From a virus, in IMG/VR virus record IMGVR_UViG_3300040758_000047, positions 1 through 64,000 of that record: a DNA stretch of 64,000 nt. The stretch is one strand, 5' to 3'. The notes under the pieces are model-generated. The model had not been told where the DNA came from. It searched no databases and saw only the letters and a list, made by a program, of their open reading frames with translations. This document shows positions 47,659 through 56,487 of this stretch, piece by piece. Every line of letters begins with the position of its first letter. Position 1 is the stretch's first letter. The position numbers and the translations under genes are program-made.

Positions 47659-49527
47659 CTATACGGGTGAGCCCTGTCGCTGACTTCTCGTTTGACGCGG
47701 CGTTCTTCCTGCACCCTTCGGCCCTCCACCAATACCCGCCTCGTGTTCTTTCTGCATTTCCTGTATGACAAGGTCTGCGTTCTCCGGGAATTCCGCTTGC
47801 CGATAAAGACCGTGAAGTGACAGAGCGCCCATCTTGAAATACGTGGCCGCCCTCACCTCCTTCTGCATTCTACTCGTTCCGTGAGTCGATCCAGGAGCGA
47901 TCTTCATACTGAATGCCCGCCAGAAATCCTCCTTCGGTGCCGAGGAAGGAACCATGGTCCCAGCGTCGTAATCGAAGTCTTCCGGCGTCATCCCGTCTGC
48001 CCCCAGCACTCTCATACGTCCGCTTAAAGTGGCGTACTGGAAGACGTTCGATACCATCTGTGACCCAGCTTCTTCTAATGCGATCTCAAGGTAGCGGCTT
48101 TCCAATTGGAATGGACCGCTCAACGTCTCCCTCATCTGTTCGATGGCTTCACCTCCCGGCACTTGCTTTTTCTTGGCGATGCCGGAGATGTCCAATGATC
48201 CAGAACGTTTCTTGATCGTCTCGACGAGATACCGGAGAAACTCTCCGATGTACGGAGGCAGATTCGGCGGGTCCATGTAGCGGAAGTCACCGGGTTGGGC
48301 GATTGGGTTCATCAGAATTTTTTGCGCCGGTTTAGCGGGTTGGAAGGCATCCCACACCACTTCGGCCATCGCACCACGCTTGCCCACTACGTTCAGGTTC
48401 AACGCTCTCTTTACGGCTTCCTCTACTCCGGCACCGATGCTATTCGTGGCTTGGCACTGTGGGATCAATCTTCGGTACTTCGAGATTCCACCGGGGCTCC
48501 ACACGCAGGGATTCAACTGAAGCATCGTGAAAGGATACAGTCCGTGCCAGAAGGGGCTTGGACCGTCGTACATGATCCGATCCCCGGCGAAAATCACCAG
48601 CCTCTTACGCGGGAATAATCTTGCTCCTGGGGGCACAAGATAGTGGTAATTGTACTGACTGGGATGAAGGTCCTGATTCTGAACGAACACTTCATTGCCA
48701 GATTCATTGATCGACCAATCGTCGAAATAGACCTCCTTCAACTCGATCACTGGGAACGGTACGTAGGTCCCTTCGGATTCTCGAACTGGACCGCCGCGCT
48801 GCGACATCTTGTGCTTCATGGCGGGACTCATCGCATTCCACGTGTACTCAGGCACGCTAGAAGGTCGAACGTACTTGTCCTGAGAAAGTGACCGGCTCAG
48901 GTTGACCGTGTACTTTTCCAGCCCTTGGCATTTCTCTTTGCCGAACTTGGCGTAGAAGTACGGGAGTGGTTTGTAGTTCTGATAGATGACCGCTGCCGAT
49001 TCCTGTATCTTTCCGTTACAGAGAACCGGAATCACCTGATCGGCCCCGTGCGCTGAAAACTGGAATTGGTTTTCTCCGGCTACGTGCTTCAGGAATCCTG
49101 TCCCAAATAGCGCATGGTCCAGCCACTCCACCACAATCGCATCCAGGTTCATGTTGAACCACAGCGACCGGATGTACTTGTGAACCGTCTCGGCTTGCTT
49201 TTTGTACGCCTCGACCGATGACGTGATGTCGATAGTAGGGCGGATCTGACTCAATGACGACAGGGCTTCTAAACGCATATCACCCATGTAATCGTCATAG
49301 TACTTTGACCTGTAGTCTGGACGTGTCGAGGGATACCAGTTGCCGTCCAAGTAGTCCAGGATTCTTTCGATCTCTTGCAGGTCCCGCCAAGAGCGCATTT
49401 CCTCCATCCCCTGGCGGAGAAGGGCGTCGCGCCAACCTAGAAGTTTTCTAGAGTATTGGTCAGGGAAATCGCGCGAGCCAGAATTGCGTTCGACGGATGC
49501 GCGAGGAACGATCGCTAACGAAGCCAT
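47659..49527 (-). CDS. portal protein
   Basis: 622 aa between TerL and scaffold; ALFGTGFLK, SPFWHGLYPF, Q..TN..and SG..DISG portal motifs. Confidence 0.85.
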   Translation of the reverse strand: MASLAIVPRASVERNSGSRDFPDQYSRKLLGWRDALLRQGMEEMRSWRDLQEIERILDYLDGNWYPSTRPDYRSKYYDDYMGDMRLEALSSLSQIRPTIDITSSVEAYKKQAETVHKYIRSLWFNMNLDAIVVEWLDHALFGTGFLKHVAGENQFQFSAHGADQVIPVLCNGKIQESAAVIYQNYKPLPYFYAKFGKEKCQGLEKYTVNLSRSLSQDKYVRPSSVPEYTWNAMSPAMKHKMSQRGGPVRESEGTYVPFPVIELKEVYFDDWSINESGNEVFVQNQDLHPSQYNYHYLVPPGARLFPRKRLVIFAGDRIMYDGPSPFWHGLYPFTMLQLNPCVWSPGGISKYRRLIPQCQATNSIGAGVEEAVKRALNLNVVGKRGAMAEVVWDAFQPAKPAQKILMNPIAQPGDFRYMDPPNLPPYIGEFLRYLVETIKKRSGSLDISGIAKKKQVPGGEAIEQMRETLSGPFQLESRYLEIALEEAGSQMVSNVFQYATLSGRMRVLGADGMTPEDFDYDAGTMVPSSAPKEDFWRAFSMKIAPGSTHGTSRMQKEVRAATYFKMGALSLHGLYRQAEFPENADLVIQEMQKEHEAGIGGGPKGAGRTPRQTRSQRQGSPV

Positions 49528-49561
49528 AGGTGCCTCAAATCGTCCTCACGGCAGGGGAGAT

Positions 49562-49663
49562 TCAGCGCCGCGCCTTTAGTTTGCGTTCGGCGCGATGAGG
49601 GGCATTTGGCTGGCGAGGGCTGTTGCCTCCCTTCACCTTCCGGCCTTTGTGGCCTCGTTTCAT
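49562..49663 (-). CDS. basic micro-protein MKRGHKGRKVKGG...RKLKARR (33 aa)
   Basis: AGGAGG RBS; directly upstream of portal. Confidence 0.6.
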   Translation of the reverse strand: MKRGHKGRKVKGGNSPRQPNAPHRAERKLKARR

Positions 49664-49740
49664 AGAGGAGCCTCCTGCGCTTATCCTAAGCTATTTCTTT
49701 GGATTCGGCAACGTTACCTACACTGTTCAGCCTACATCAA

Positions 49741-49754
49741 GTCCCACGTTGGGC
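49741..49754. promoter_or_regulatory. parS-like palindromic site
   Basis: GTCCCACGTTGGGC, upstream of portal. Confidence 0.7.
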
Positions 49755-49801
49755 CCATGTTCGCTTAAGGAGCATTCCATAATCTACCACCAAATGGCTA
49801 A

Positions 49802-50353
49802 TCACGGTTTGCGCCACGTCAAACCGGCGTGCGAGCGGCGGATGGCGCGGGCCAGCGCGGAGATCACTTTCTCGCTGAATTCCGACAGTAGGGAGCTTTC
49901 CTTGGGCCGGGTGGGAGCTTTCTCGCTCTGCGAACGTTGCAATTCTTCGCGGATGGTGGCAAGGCGCAGGCCGCGCTCATGCAGGATTCCGGCGGCGAAA
50001 CACTTCTCCTCGCGCAGCAGGCCGAGCAGCAGGTGCTCGGTGCCGATGTGCTTGTGGTTGAGGCGCTCGACTTCCTCGGCCCCGTAAGCGAGCACGCGCT
50101 TGCATTCGTGGCTGAGTGGCAGCTCGACGGAAGTGGAGACCTTTTCCCGGGGCGCGGTATGCCCCTCGATCTGTTTGCGGATCGATTCCACCGCGCTGTC
50201 CGAGCGCAGAAAGCGGTTCGCCAGCGCCTTGTCCTCGCGCAGCAGGCCCAGCAGCAGATGCTCCGTCTCGATATAGGGACTGCCGAACTTCCTGGACTCA
50301 TAGCGGGCGACGAAGATCACCCGCCTCGCTTTTTCCGTGTATCGCTCAAACAT
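49802..50353 (-). CDS. stand-alone ClpC N-terminal (double Clp-N repeat) protein, truncated clpC derivative
   Basis: MFERYTEKARRVIF, two TEHLLLGLLRE repeats, no Walker A; GC-richer than its neighbours. Confidence 0.9.
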   Translation of the reverse strand: MFERYTEKARRVIFVARYESRKFGSPYIETEHLLLGLLREDKALANRFLRSDSAVESIRKQIEGHTAPREKVSTSVELPLSHECKRVLAYGAEEVERLNHKHIGTEHLLLGLLREEKCFAAGILHERGLRLATIREELQRSQSEKAPTRPKESSLLSEFSEKVISALARAIRRSHAGLTWRKP

Positions 50354-50391
50354 AGGATTTGCGAAGCCCCCGGTAGATCGTTTCACTGTCG

Positions 50392-51255
50392 TCAGGATAC
50401 ATCATTATCGACGTTTGGTTCTGGCTTTGCGGGGATGTCCTCTTCGAGAAAATCTTCAGCAAAGGTGATCTTTGGAATTTTGTATGGTCGCAATTTATTT
50501 TCGAAATACTTAAAGCCTTTATCGCTGATGCTGTACTTTTGGGCACCGCCAACAATAATGTCAACGCTAGTTCCGGTTCCAACATCACGACTCCGCTCCG
50601 CCGCAAACTTGGCGCGTAGTAGTTCATAAATGCAGGCCCCAAGCGTTATAGTGTCGGGATCGTACATCTCATTCTGACAAAGAAACGCCTGAGCAATGTC
50701 TGACCCAGTGCCGATTGTTGAATAGTCGTTTTCCCAATGTACTTCGCCGGAAAGATCAACACGAACGATCTGTCCGTATTGTTCCGCATCGAATAACGCA
50801 ATCAACAACTCTGCGCCAAGGTTCAAATGGCGTATCTCGTGCCACACATCGTCGTAGTGAGATTCTCGGAGCCATTCCCGCCCGTGTTTAGAGAATTCCT
50901 CAAAGTCCATGTTAAGGGTCATACTAACGAAGTGATTTACTAATTTACGCTTCACATTGCGGCACGCCGCTCTCAATCCCTCAAGTAAGGCGTCGATATG
51001 CAAATCGGTATCTGCCGGATTAGACTCTCGCATGTATCCACGTATCGCTGGATCACAAGCGTTAAGTAATTGATCGGCGCGTGTCGGTTGTCCAGAAATC
51101 AAGATCGAGCAGTGCGATTCTCCTTCTTCGATTTCTCGTAGCTTGTCTGCATCGTCCGAAGTTATTAGCGTGCCTTTGTTAACCTGCCAGTCACGGCACA
51201 AAACTAGCGTTGACTTTGCTTGGTAGGTGCAGGTTGCGGCAATACACAGCGTCAT
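50392..51255 (-). CDS. proteasome-beta/HslV-like Ntn hydrolase
   Basis: M-T-L-C-I-A start (Thr1), LCRD, DK, IGTGS and D.GTG motifs; GGAGG RBS before ATG 51255. Confidence 0.7.
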   Translation of the reverse strand: MTLCIAATCTYQAKSTLVLCRDWQVNKGTLITSDDADKLREIEEGESHCSILISGQPTRADQLLNACDPAIRGYMRESNPADTDLHIDALLEGLRAACRNVKRKLVNHFVSMTLNMDFEEFSKHGREWLRESHYDDVWHEIRHLNLGAELLIALFDAEQYGQIVRVDLSGEVHWENDYSTIGTGSDIAQAFLCQNEMYDPDTITLGACIYELLRAKFAAERSRDVGTGTSVDIIVGGAQKYSISDKGFKYFENKLRPYKIPKITFAEDFLEEDIPAKPEPNVDNDVS

Positions 51256-51323
51256 GGCCTCAGGCTCCTCTGTGTATTGATCCTCACAGATTTCCTGTGG
51301 GTGTGTCGAGTATATTTGTGCCG

Positions 51324-51782
51324 TCACGACGCCTCTTTGGCTTCGGCAACCTGTTGTTTCTTTTCGGCTTCCTTGAGGTCACGTAATGTGGCGGTAGCTT
51401 TCTGCAATTTCCTCCCATCTTCGGAGGCTTCACAATTGCTTGGGAGTTCGGATGGGAGGGCCACACCATTGCTGCGGCACCACTCTTTTTGCTGTTGGAA
51501 GGTTTCTATGTAGCGGGGCTTAGGTTTGCCGTCCGGGGTATTCCTGTCCCAGACCCAGTGGTGAAGGTCCTGGCGGTCGCCATCGTCTAGGGATCTGTCC
51601 ACGTATTTCCGTCCCATATCTCCCATGAAGGGACTGGCGAACGAACTGGGTATCTTCTCCGTTCTTTCCCCGCACTCTTCGCAGGGCTCAGTCGGATCGT
51701 CCCAGTGTTTATAGAAGTGCTCCACAATCAGACCACGGTTGCCGCAGGTCTTGGAGACGCACACTGACTCAAAAACTGGCAC
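51324..51782 (-). CDS. FmdB-like zinc-ribbon protein
   Basis: MP.FE..C...C..E......C..CG; commonly found near phage portal genes. Confidence 0.65.
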   Translation of the reverse strand: MPVFESVCVSKTCGNRGLIVEHFYKHWDDPTEPCEECGERTEKIPSSFASPFMGDMGRKYVDRSLDDGDRQDLHHWVWDRNTPDGKPKPRYIETFQQQKEWCRSNGVALPSELPSNCEASEDGRKLQKATATLRDLKEAEKKQQVAEAKEAS

Positions 51783-51785
51783 AAT

Positions 51786-52280
51786 CTACTCCTGTCCCAC
51801 GTGGGACTCCTGAACTGGCCGTAAGGCCATCTCCAAGCTTTCTATTGCCGCCTTAGTTGCTGCGGCTACCTCGCACAGATCAGCAAGGCTTTCTCGTGGT
51901 ATATTAATTGATCGGAACTCAGCCAAACGGATGGCTGGATATATCTGACCAGTAAACGGTCCTTCGTGACCTCTCTTGAAGCCAGTGAACCCGTATTTAA
52001 CAGTCCTGCCAAGGGTTCTATTGGCGATCATGCGCCTTACCAATTCATTAGCCGCTGGGATCAGGATAGAGTCTTCTTGTTTCCGACGAGCAGCCTCATT
52101 TTTATCAATGAGGTAGAACTCAACGTCTATGGTCTTGCAGGAGGCTACCGCCTCAATATCCGCTCCTTCAAGGTTTTCAGTCGCACAGTCTGATCCGTAC
52201 AACGTTATGTGGCCTTCGTTCCTGCGAAGAAATTCAAGTGCGAGTAACCTGTATTTGTCCTTGTCGAGTTCGAACATCAC
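51786..52280 (-). CDS. hypothetical protein
   Basis: Coupled ORF. Confidence 0.6.
   Translation of the reverse strand: MMFELDKDKYRLLALEFLRRNEGHITLYGSDCATENLEGADIEAVASCKTIDVEFYLIDKNEAARRKQEDSILIPAANELVRRMIANRTLGRTVKYGFTGFKRGHEGPFTGQIYPAIRLAEFRSINIPRESLADLCEVAAATKAAIESLEMALRPVQESHVGQE
51794..51807. promoter_or_regulatory. parS-like palindromic site (perfect)
   Basis: GTCCCACGTGGGAC. Confidence 0.75.
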
Positions 52281-52852
52281 ACCGCCTCCGTATGGCTCTC
52301 TGCGATGTCCTGGAACAGCCCGCCGCCCAGAGACTCCTGAATCAGTTTGACCAGATCGGTGCCTGTCTCGAACTTACCGCCCAGAAGTGTTTCTAGGGCC
52401 TGCTTGTCTTTGGGCATCATGCGGACCAAGTGAGGATAGCCGGAGTTTCCCATATTGTATTGCATCGGGTCTCCGTCTATGAAGATGTCCCAGATGTCCT
52501 GGATCAGCTCTTTCACGGTTCGCCCTTGAGATGTTGCGGCCTCCTGGTAATAGTCTTCGTATACCGGGTCCACGGAGCACCGGAACGTCAACTTGCCCTC
52601 TTCGCGGCCCGCCGCCTCCGCCAATAGCGGCAAGAGTTCTTCGCCGGAAGTCGGTTCTAAGCCGGTGGACTCCGTGATGCGCGCCATCTCGTTCGGGGTG
52701 AGCATCAGCCCGCCGCCTGAAACGTCCTTTAAGAGTGTCTGGATGATCTGGGTGAGCTTCTGAACTTCGTTCTCATCCCCCTCGACCATGGTCATTAGGG
52801 GTCCGATGTCGTTCTCGGATAGCTCAAGTTGAATGTTGTACTTAACGCTCAC
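52277..52852 (-). CDS. hypothetical acidic protein
   Basis: AAGGAG RBS. Confidence 0.65.
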   Translation of the reverse strand: MSVKYNIQLELSENDIGPLMTMVEGDENEVQKLTQIIQTLLKDVSGGGLMLTPNEMARITESTGLEPTSGEELLPLLAEAAGREEGKLTFRCSVDPVYEDYYQEAATSQGRTVKELIQDIWDIFIDGDPMQYNMGNSGYPHLVRMMPKDKQALETLLGGKFETGTDLVKLIQESLGGGLFQDIAESHTEAV

Positions 52853-52894
52853 GGCTTTCTCCTTGGGTTTTATAGTACTCCCGTTTCCCCTTGA

Positions 52895-55141
52895 CTACAA
52901 GTCCTCAATCCTCGGTTCATAAGGCTGGCCTTCCGGCTTCTTCCCCATCAACGTCATCAGTCCTTCAAAACCCAACGAGTTGGGCAGTTGGATTTCCAGC
53001 GAAATAGCCTTCAGTTGGATCGAGCCGCATTGCGGACAACGGTATTCTCGTTCCGGGTTATCGCAGACCCACGGCCATTTGCCTTCCGAGTCCACCGTCT
53101 CCCCGTACCGGCAAGTCTGACAGTAACACCGATACCGCGCGGGCTTCTGGACTTCCACTACGCCTGGAACGCGAACGCGGCCTCCTTCGTCACAGTCCAT
53201 TTCATGGGCGCAGTAAAGAGAGATGAGACCGGCAAGGAGTTCGTCGTCGTGAAACGTTTCCTCAGCCCCGAAGGTCCGCGAGTCAGCCTCTTCTTTCCGG
53301 TAAGTGGTCATTTCCTCTGCAAAGTTTGCTGACCTAATTACCCAAGTGTGAGACAAGAGCCAGTCCACTCCCGTCTGATGAAGGTACGCCTTCGTATTCA
53401 CTTTGGTGTACCAATGCCATTTCCCGGACAAAGGGTGCAGGGAGTCCAGATGTTTCCACCGGAAGACATTTGGGTACTGATAAAAAATCAGCACATCGTC
53501 ACCAACAGTCTGATAGACGTTGTACTCGATGCACATCAAGGCGTCGTTGTACCACCTTCCAATGACGTTACAGTAGAAGGCCAATTCCTTGGGCTTGGTG
53601 TGGTTATCCCTCCAGACCGCCACTTGCTCATCGGGCTGGCCAAACTTACCGATCTTGTTGACGAAGATCACACTGTAGTCTTGGCCGATTCCTTCGCTCG
53701 GGTCCACTCCAACTGAGTACTCAACGCCCAGTAGCGGCTCCTCCCAGACCCAAAAAGGGGTCTCGTCTTGGCGATGATCGACATTGCACCCCTTGATGTA
53801 ACACCGGCCATCTTCTCCGCCCGCCCCGTGGATTTCGCCGGTTTCCCGATAAATCTTTCCCTTCCTGACTGGATTCCGATCTACGGTCGAATTCACCCAC
53901 TCGCGGCAGGCATCGTTGAACATCACGAAACCACTTACCTGCCAAGCGTCCTCGGCGGTGACGGCCATTTCCTGAAGCCACTGTTTCTTGGCCTTCTCCC
54001 CCTGTTCTTCAGCTTGCTCGCGGTTGTCCTGATGCCAATAGCATTGCTCGTCCGTCAGCACCATCGGTTGCAAGGTTCCCGTGTCACAGTCGGGGCACTT
54101 TGCTCCACTGACCGATTCTCCGAATAACGCGGCTTTGCGCCACTTCCGACAATTCGCGCACGTCAGCCATTCCTTCTTGGCCCGCTCCCGCATCAGTCTC
54201 TCTGGTTCTTGAATGCACCAACCGTTCGGAGGAGCCAGAACTCTGGTTGTCTCGAAGAAGCTCGGAAGAAACAGTGGATACCAACGTGGCCATTTGCCTT
54301 GATCCATACGCCGCTCACACGCTCTCCAGATTCGATGCGCAGCGGTTCCGGCTCCTTCACCCGTCCCTTCGATGAATCCGAAGACTTGCGGTTTATCAGC
54401 CATCGAGTTGCCTAAATCGGCGTTGACAATGCGCTCTAAGTCGTCCTCAAGGTAGCCACAAAACTCTGAGACGTGGGCCGCGTCTACAGCGATCCCTTGT
54501 CCTACTCCAGAGTATTGGTTCGACCATTGCACCATTACACGAGAGTTCATGCCAGGATGTCTTAAACGGAGTAGCGGGTCCTCATTCTCGAAGAATAAGC
54601 CCGTCTCTTCTTTACGGCTGGACTGCATCGGCTTCAACCACCACGGCATGTTGTCGTAGATGTACAGCATATAGCCGAATAAGTAAGAAGAGTGCGCCCG
54701 ATCAACCGAGACTACGATGGCTCTCGTATTTGGAAAGAACATCGCCCGCCAAGCGATCATCGCTTCAATCAAAGTCGAGCAGCCCAATTGGCGAGCTTTC
54801 AAAATCAAAATCTTCTGTGCTCTGCCCTTGGCCTTCAGTTCGTAGTACTTATCGAGAATGATGAACTGGCTTTCCCAGAGTGATAGGAGTTGTCGCTTCA
54901 GTTCCTTCGTAGTGATCCAGAAGTAATTTCTCGCGGCGTAGCTGAAATCGTTTCGGCAGGCACGGGCTTGTTCGACGATGGCCGCTTTGAGCTTCTTCCC
55001 GTCAGCCAACCCCTCAATCAGTTCAAATCTTTCGATAGAGGGGATCAGGTCCCAGTCTTCTTCCCTAATCTTCAGTTTTAAGGGGAGGTCCCGATCCAAG
55101 TACTCGATCATGGCGGATACGCCAGGGTCGCGTCGCCACAT
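52895..55141 (-). CDS. terL: terminase large subunit
   Basis: Walker A ILKARQLGCST, Walker B AHVSEF, nuclease VGVDPSEG..DYS, IEYN and HDD. Confidence 0.95.
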   Translation of the reverse strand: MWRRDPGVSAMIEYLDRDLPLKLKIREEDWDLIPSIERFELIEGLADGKKLKAAIVEQARACRNDFSYAARNYFWITTKELKRQLLSLWESQFIILDKYYELKAKGRAQKILILKARQLGCSTLIEAMIAWRAMFFPNTRAIVVSVDRAHSSYLFGYMLYIYDNMPWWLKPMQSSRKEETGLFFENEDPLLRLRHPGMNSRVMVQWSNQYSGVGQGIAVDAAHVSEFCGYLEDDLERIVNADLGNSMADKPQVFGFIEGTGEGAGTAAHRIWRACERRMDQGKWPRWYPLFLPSFFETTRVLAPPNGWCIQEPERLMRERAKKEWLTCANCRKWRKAALFGESVSGAKCPDCDTGTLQPMVLTDEQCYWHQDNREQAEEQGEKAKKQWLQEMAVTAEDAWQVSGFVMFNDACREWVNSTVDRNPVRKGKIYRETGEIHGAGGEDGRCYIKGCNVDHRQDETPFWVWEEPLLGVEYSVGVDPSEGIGQDYSVIFVNKIGKFGQPDEQVAVWRDNHTKPKELAFYCNVIGRWYNDALMCIEYNVYQTVGDDVLIFYQYPNVFRWKHLDSLHPLSGKWHWYTKVNTKAYLHQTGVDWLLSHTWVIRSANFAEEMTTYRKEEADSRTFGAEETFHDDELLAGLISLYCAHEMDCDEGGRVRVPGVVEVQKPARYRCYCQTCRYGETVDSEGKWPWVCDNPEREYRCPQCGSIQLKAISLEIQLPNSLGFEGLMTLMGKKPEGQPYEPRIEDL

Positions 55142-55143
55142 GA

Positions 55144-55647
55144 CTATTCCTCGACCGGCTTGGTCTTCTCGTACTCCACGGGGGTGGCAACCAGATCCAC
55201 CACTCTGCGAGCTGGTCCTAACTGGCGGGTTTCCTGTTCGTCAGCCAACATGCGGAAGATAGCGTCCGGTGTAGCCAGCCCCTTGGAACCTGAGGCGCTG
55301 ATATTGGCTGTCTGATTATTGTTGTTCTGTTGGACGTTGACAACCGTGCCCGCCTTGCCACCTTCTACTAAGCCGTACATCTGGGCCACAAGTCTCATCG
55401 CCGCCACATCTCCCGCTTCTACGCTAATCTCCAAGTTATGGAATAACTTAAATAGGTGCTTGATGGCGTGAAAGGCCTGGATTTTCCCTTGAATGGAACG
55501 GCTGGAGAGGTTCTTGGCGGTGACCTTGATGCCAGCGAATTTCTCGGGAATAACCAGTGGGGGAGCGGGGTTCAACGTGGGACTGCTGGCAACCTGCTTG
55601 ATCTGGGTTGCGATGGGGGTCACTTTCGGCTTCTTTTTGTCCGCCAC
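55144..55647 (-). CDS. putative terminase small subunit
   Basis: Directly upstream of terL; GDVAAMRL helix and VNVQQNN tail; promoter TTGACT-16-TATATT at 55654-55681. Confidence 0.55.
   Translation of the reverse strand: MADKKKPKVTPIATQIKQVASSPTLNPAPPLVIPEKFAGIKVTAKNLSSRSIQGKIQAFHAIKHLFKLFHNLEISVEAGDVAAMRLVAQMYGLVEGGKAGTVVNVQQNNNNQTANISASGSKGLATPDAIFRMLADEQETRQLGPARRVVDLVATPVEYEKTKPVEE
55570..55583. promoter_or_regulatory. parS-like palindromic site
   Basis: GTTCAACGTGGGAC. Confidence 0.7.
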
Positions 55648-55688
55648 GACCCCAATATAGCAGACTTACTTTAAGAGTCAATCTGAAC

Positions 55689-55731
55689 AAAAAAATCGGC
55701 TGTGGCCGCAACGGAGGATGCAGCCACAGCC
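55689..55731 (-). terminator. intrinsic terminator
   Basis: GGCTGTGGCTGCA..TGCGGCCACAGCC hairpin followed by a T7 tract on the minus strand. Confidence 0.8.
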
Positions 55732-55754
55732 AGATCCAGACGCGGATTGAAAGT

Positions 55755-56096
55755 TTAGGTGGCCGATGTTGGTAATTCCGCTACGGCTGCGTCGGCGGCG
55801 GTCTTTGCGGTTGCCGCCTGCGTGACCAGATTCGTCAGGATCGTCTGCGTCGCGGGACTCAATACGTCCCCTTGGTTGGCGATCGACTGCTGAAGCTGTG
55901 TAATGGTGGCCTCCAGGCCGGTGATGCCGGTTGCAAGCGTGGCTACATCCCCTTGCAAGGCTGTGATGGAACCTTGAATTGCCGTCAGTTGCGTTGCGAT
56001 TGCGCTCATTTGTCTCTCCAGAAACGATTGGCCTGCTAGTATAGCAGCGAGTTGAATCCCGATGCCTGCCAGCGGATTTTGAATAGGCCAGTTCAT
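55755..56096 (-). CDS. coiled-coil protein
   Basis: Heptad repeats rich in A/T/Q; start uncertain. Confidence 0.6.
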   Translation of the reverse strand: MNWPIQNPLAGIGIQLAAILAGQSFLERQMSAIATQLTAIQGSITALQGDVATLATGITGLEATITQLQQSIANQGDVLSPATQTILTNLVTQAATAKTAADAAVAELPTSAT

Positions 56097-56191
56097 AGAA
56101 CGATGGTACTACACCTTGGGACTTATACTATATAATTCCCTTCGTTTTCGTCGGTTTCTACTCTCATTTCCTAACCTCTCTGCCTGACCCT

Positions 56192-56476
56192 CTACTGCGT
56201 AATCTCTTTGACTCTAAGGAAGCGGTAATCGTCATACGCTCCTTCCTTAAAATACTTGTCATGGTTATGACCGGCGTTATCTACCGCCGATAGATATTGC
56301 TCTTTCGTGGCAGTCCCAGTGACCTTAAAGGTATGACTGGCGATCGTCACCAAATCATCAATTTCGGGGGCCAGCCCTGCCTTGAATGCTATGATCCCTA
56401 TTCGGGAAAGCTCTTCAGCAATACGATCCGTTGGCTCACGTAACCGGGGATCATAGCATTCAGGGCGCTGTCCCAT
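56192..56476 (-). CDS. hypothetical protein
   Basis: ORF in operon. Confidence 0.55.
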   Translation of the reverse strand: MGQRPECYDPRLREPTDRIAEELSRIGIIAFKAGLAPEIDDLVTIASHTFKVTGTATKEQYLSAVDNAGHNHDKYFKEGAYDDYRFLRVKEITQ

Positions 56477-56487
56477 CTATTTGCCCT

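Noticed and set aside
52895-55141. Intein in TerL
   Set aside because: No C/S..HN splice junctions or LAGLIDADG motifs; the inserts are short and Cys-rich
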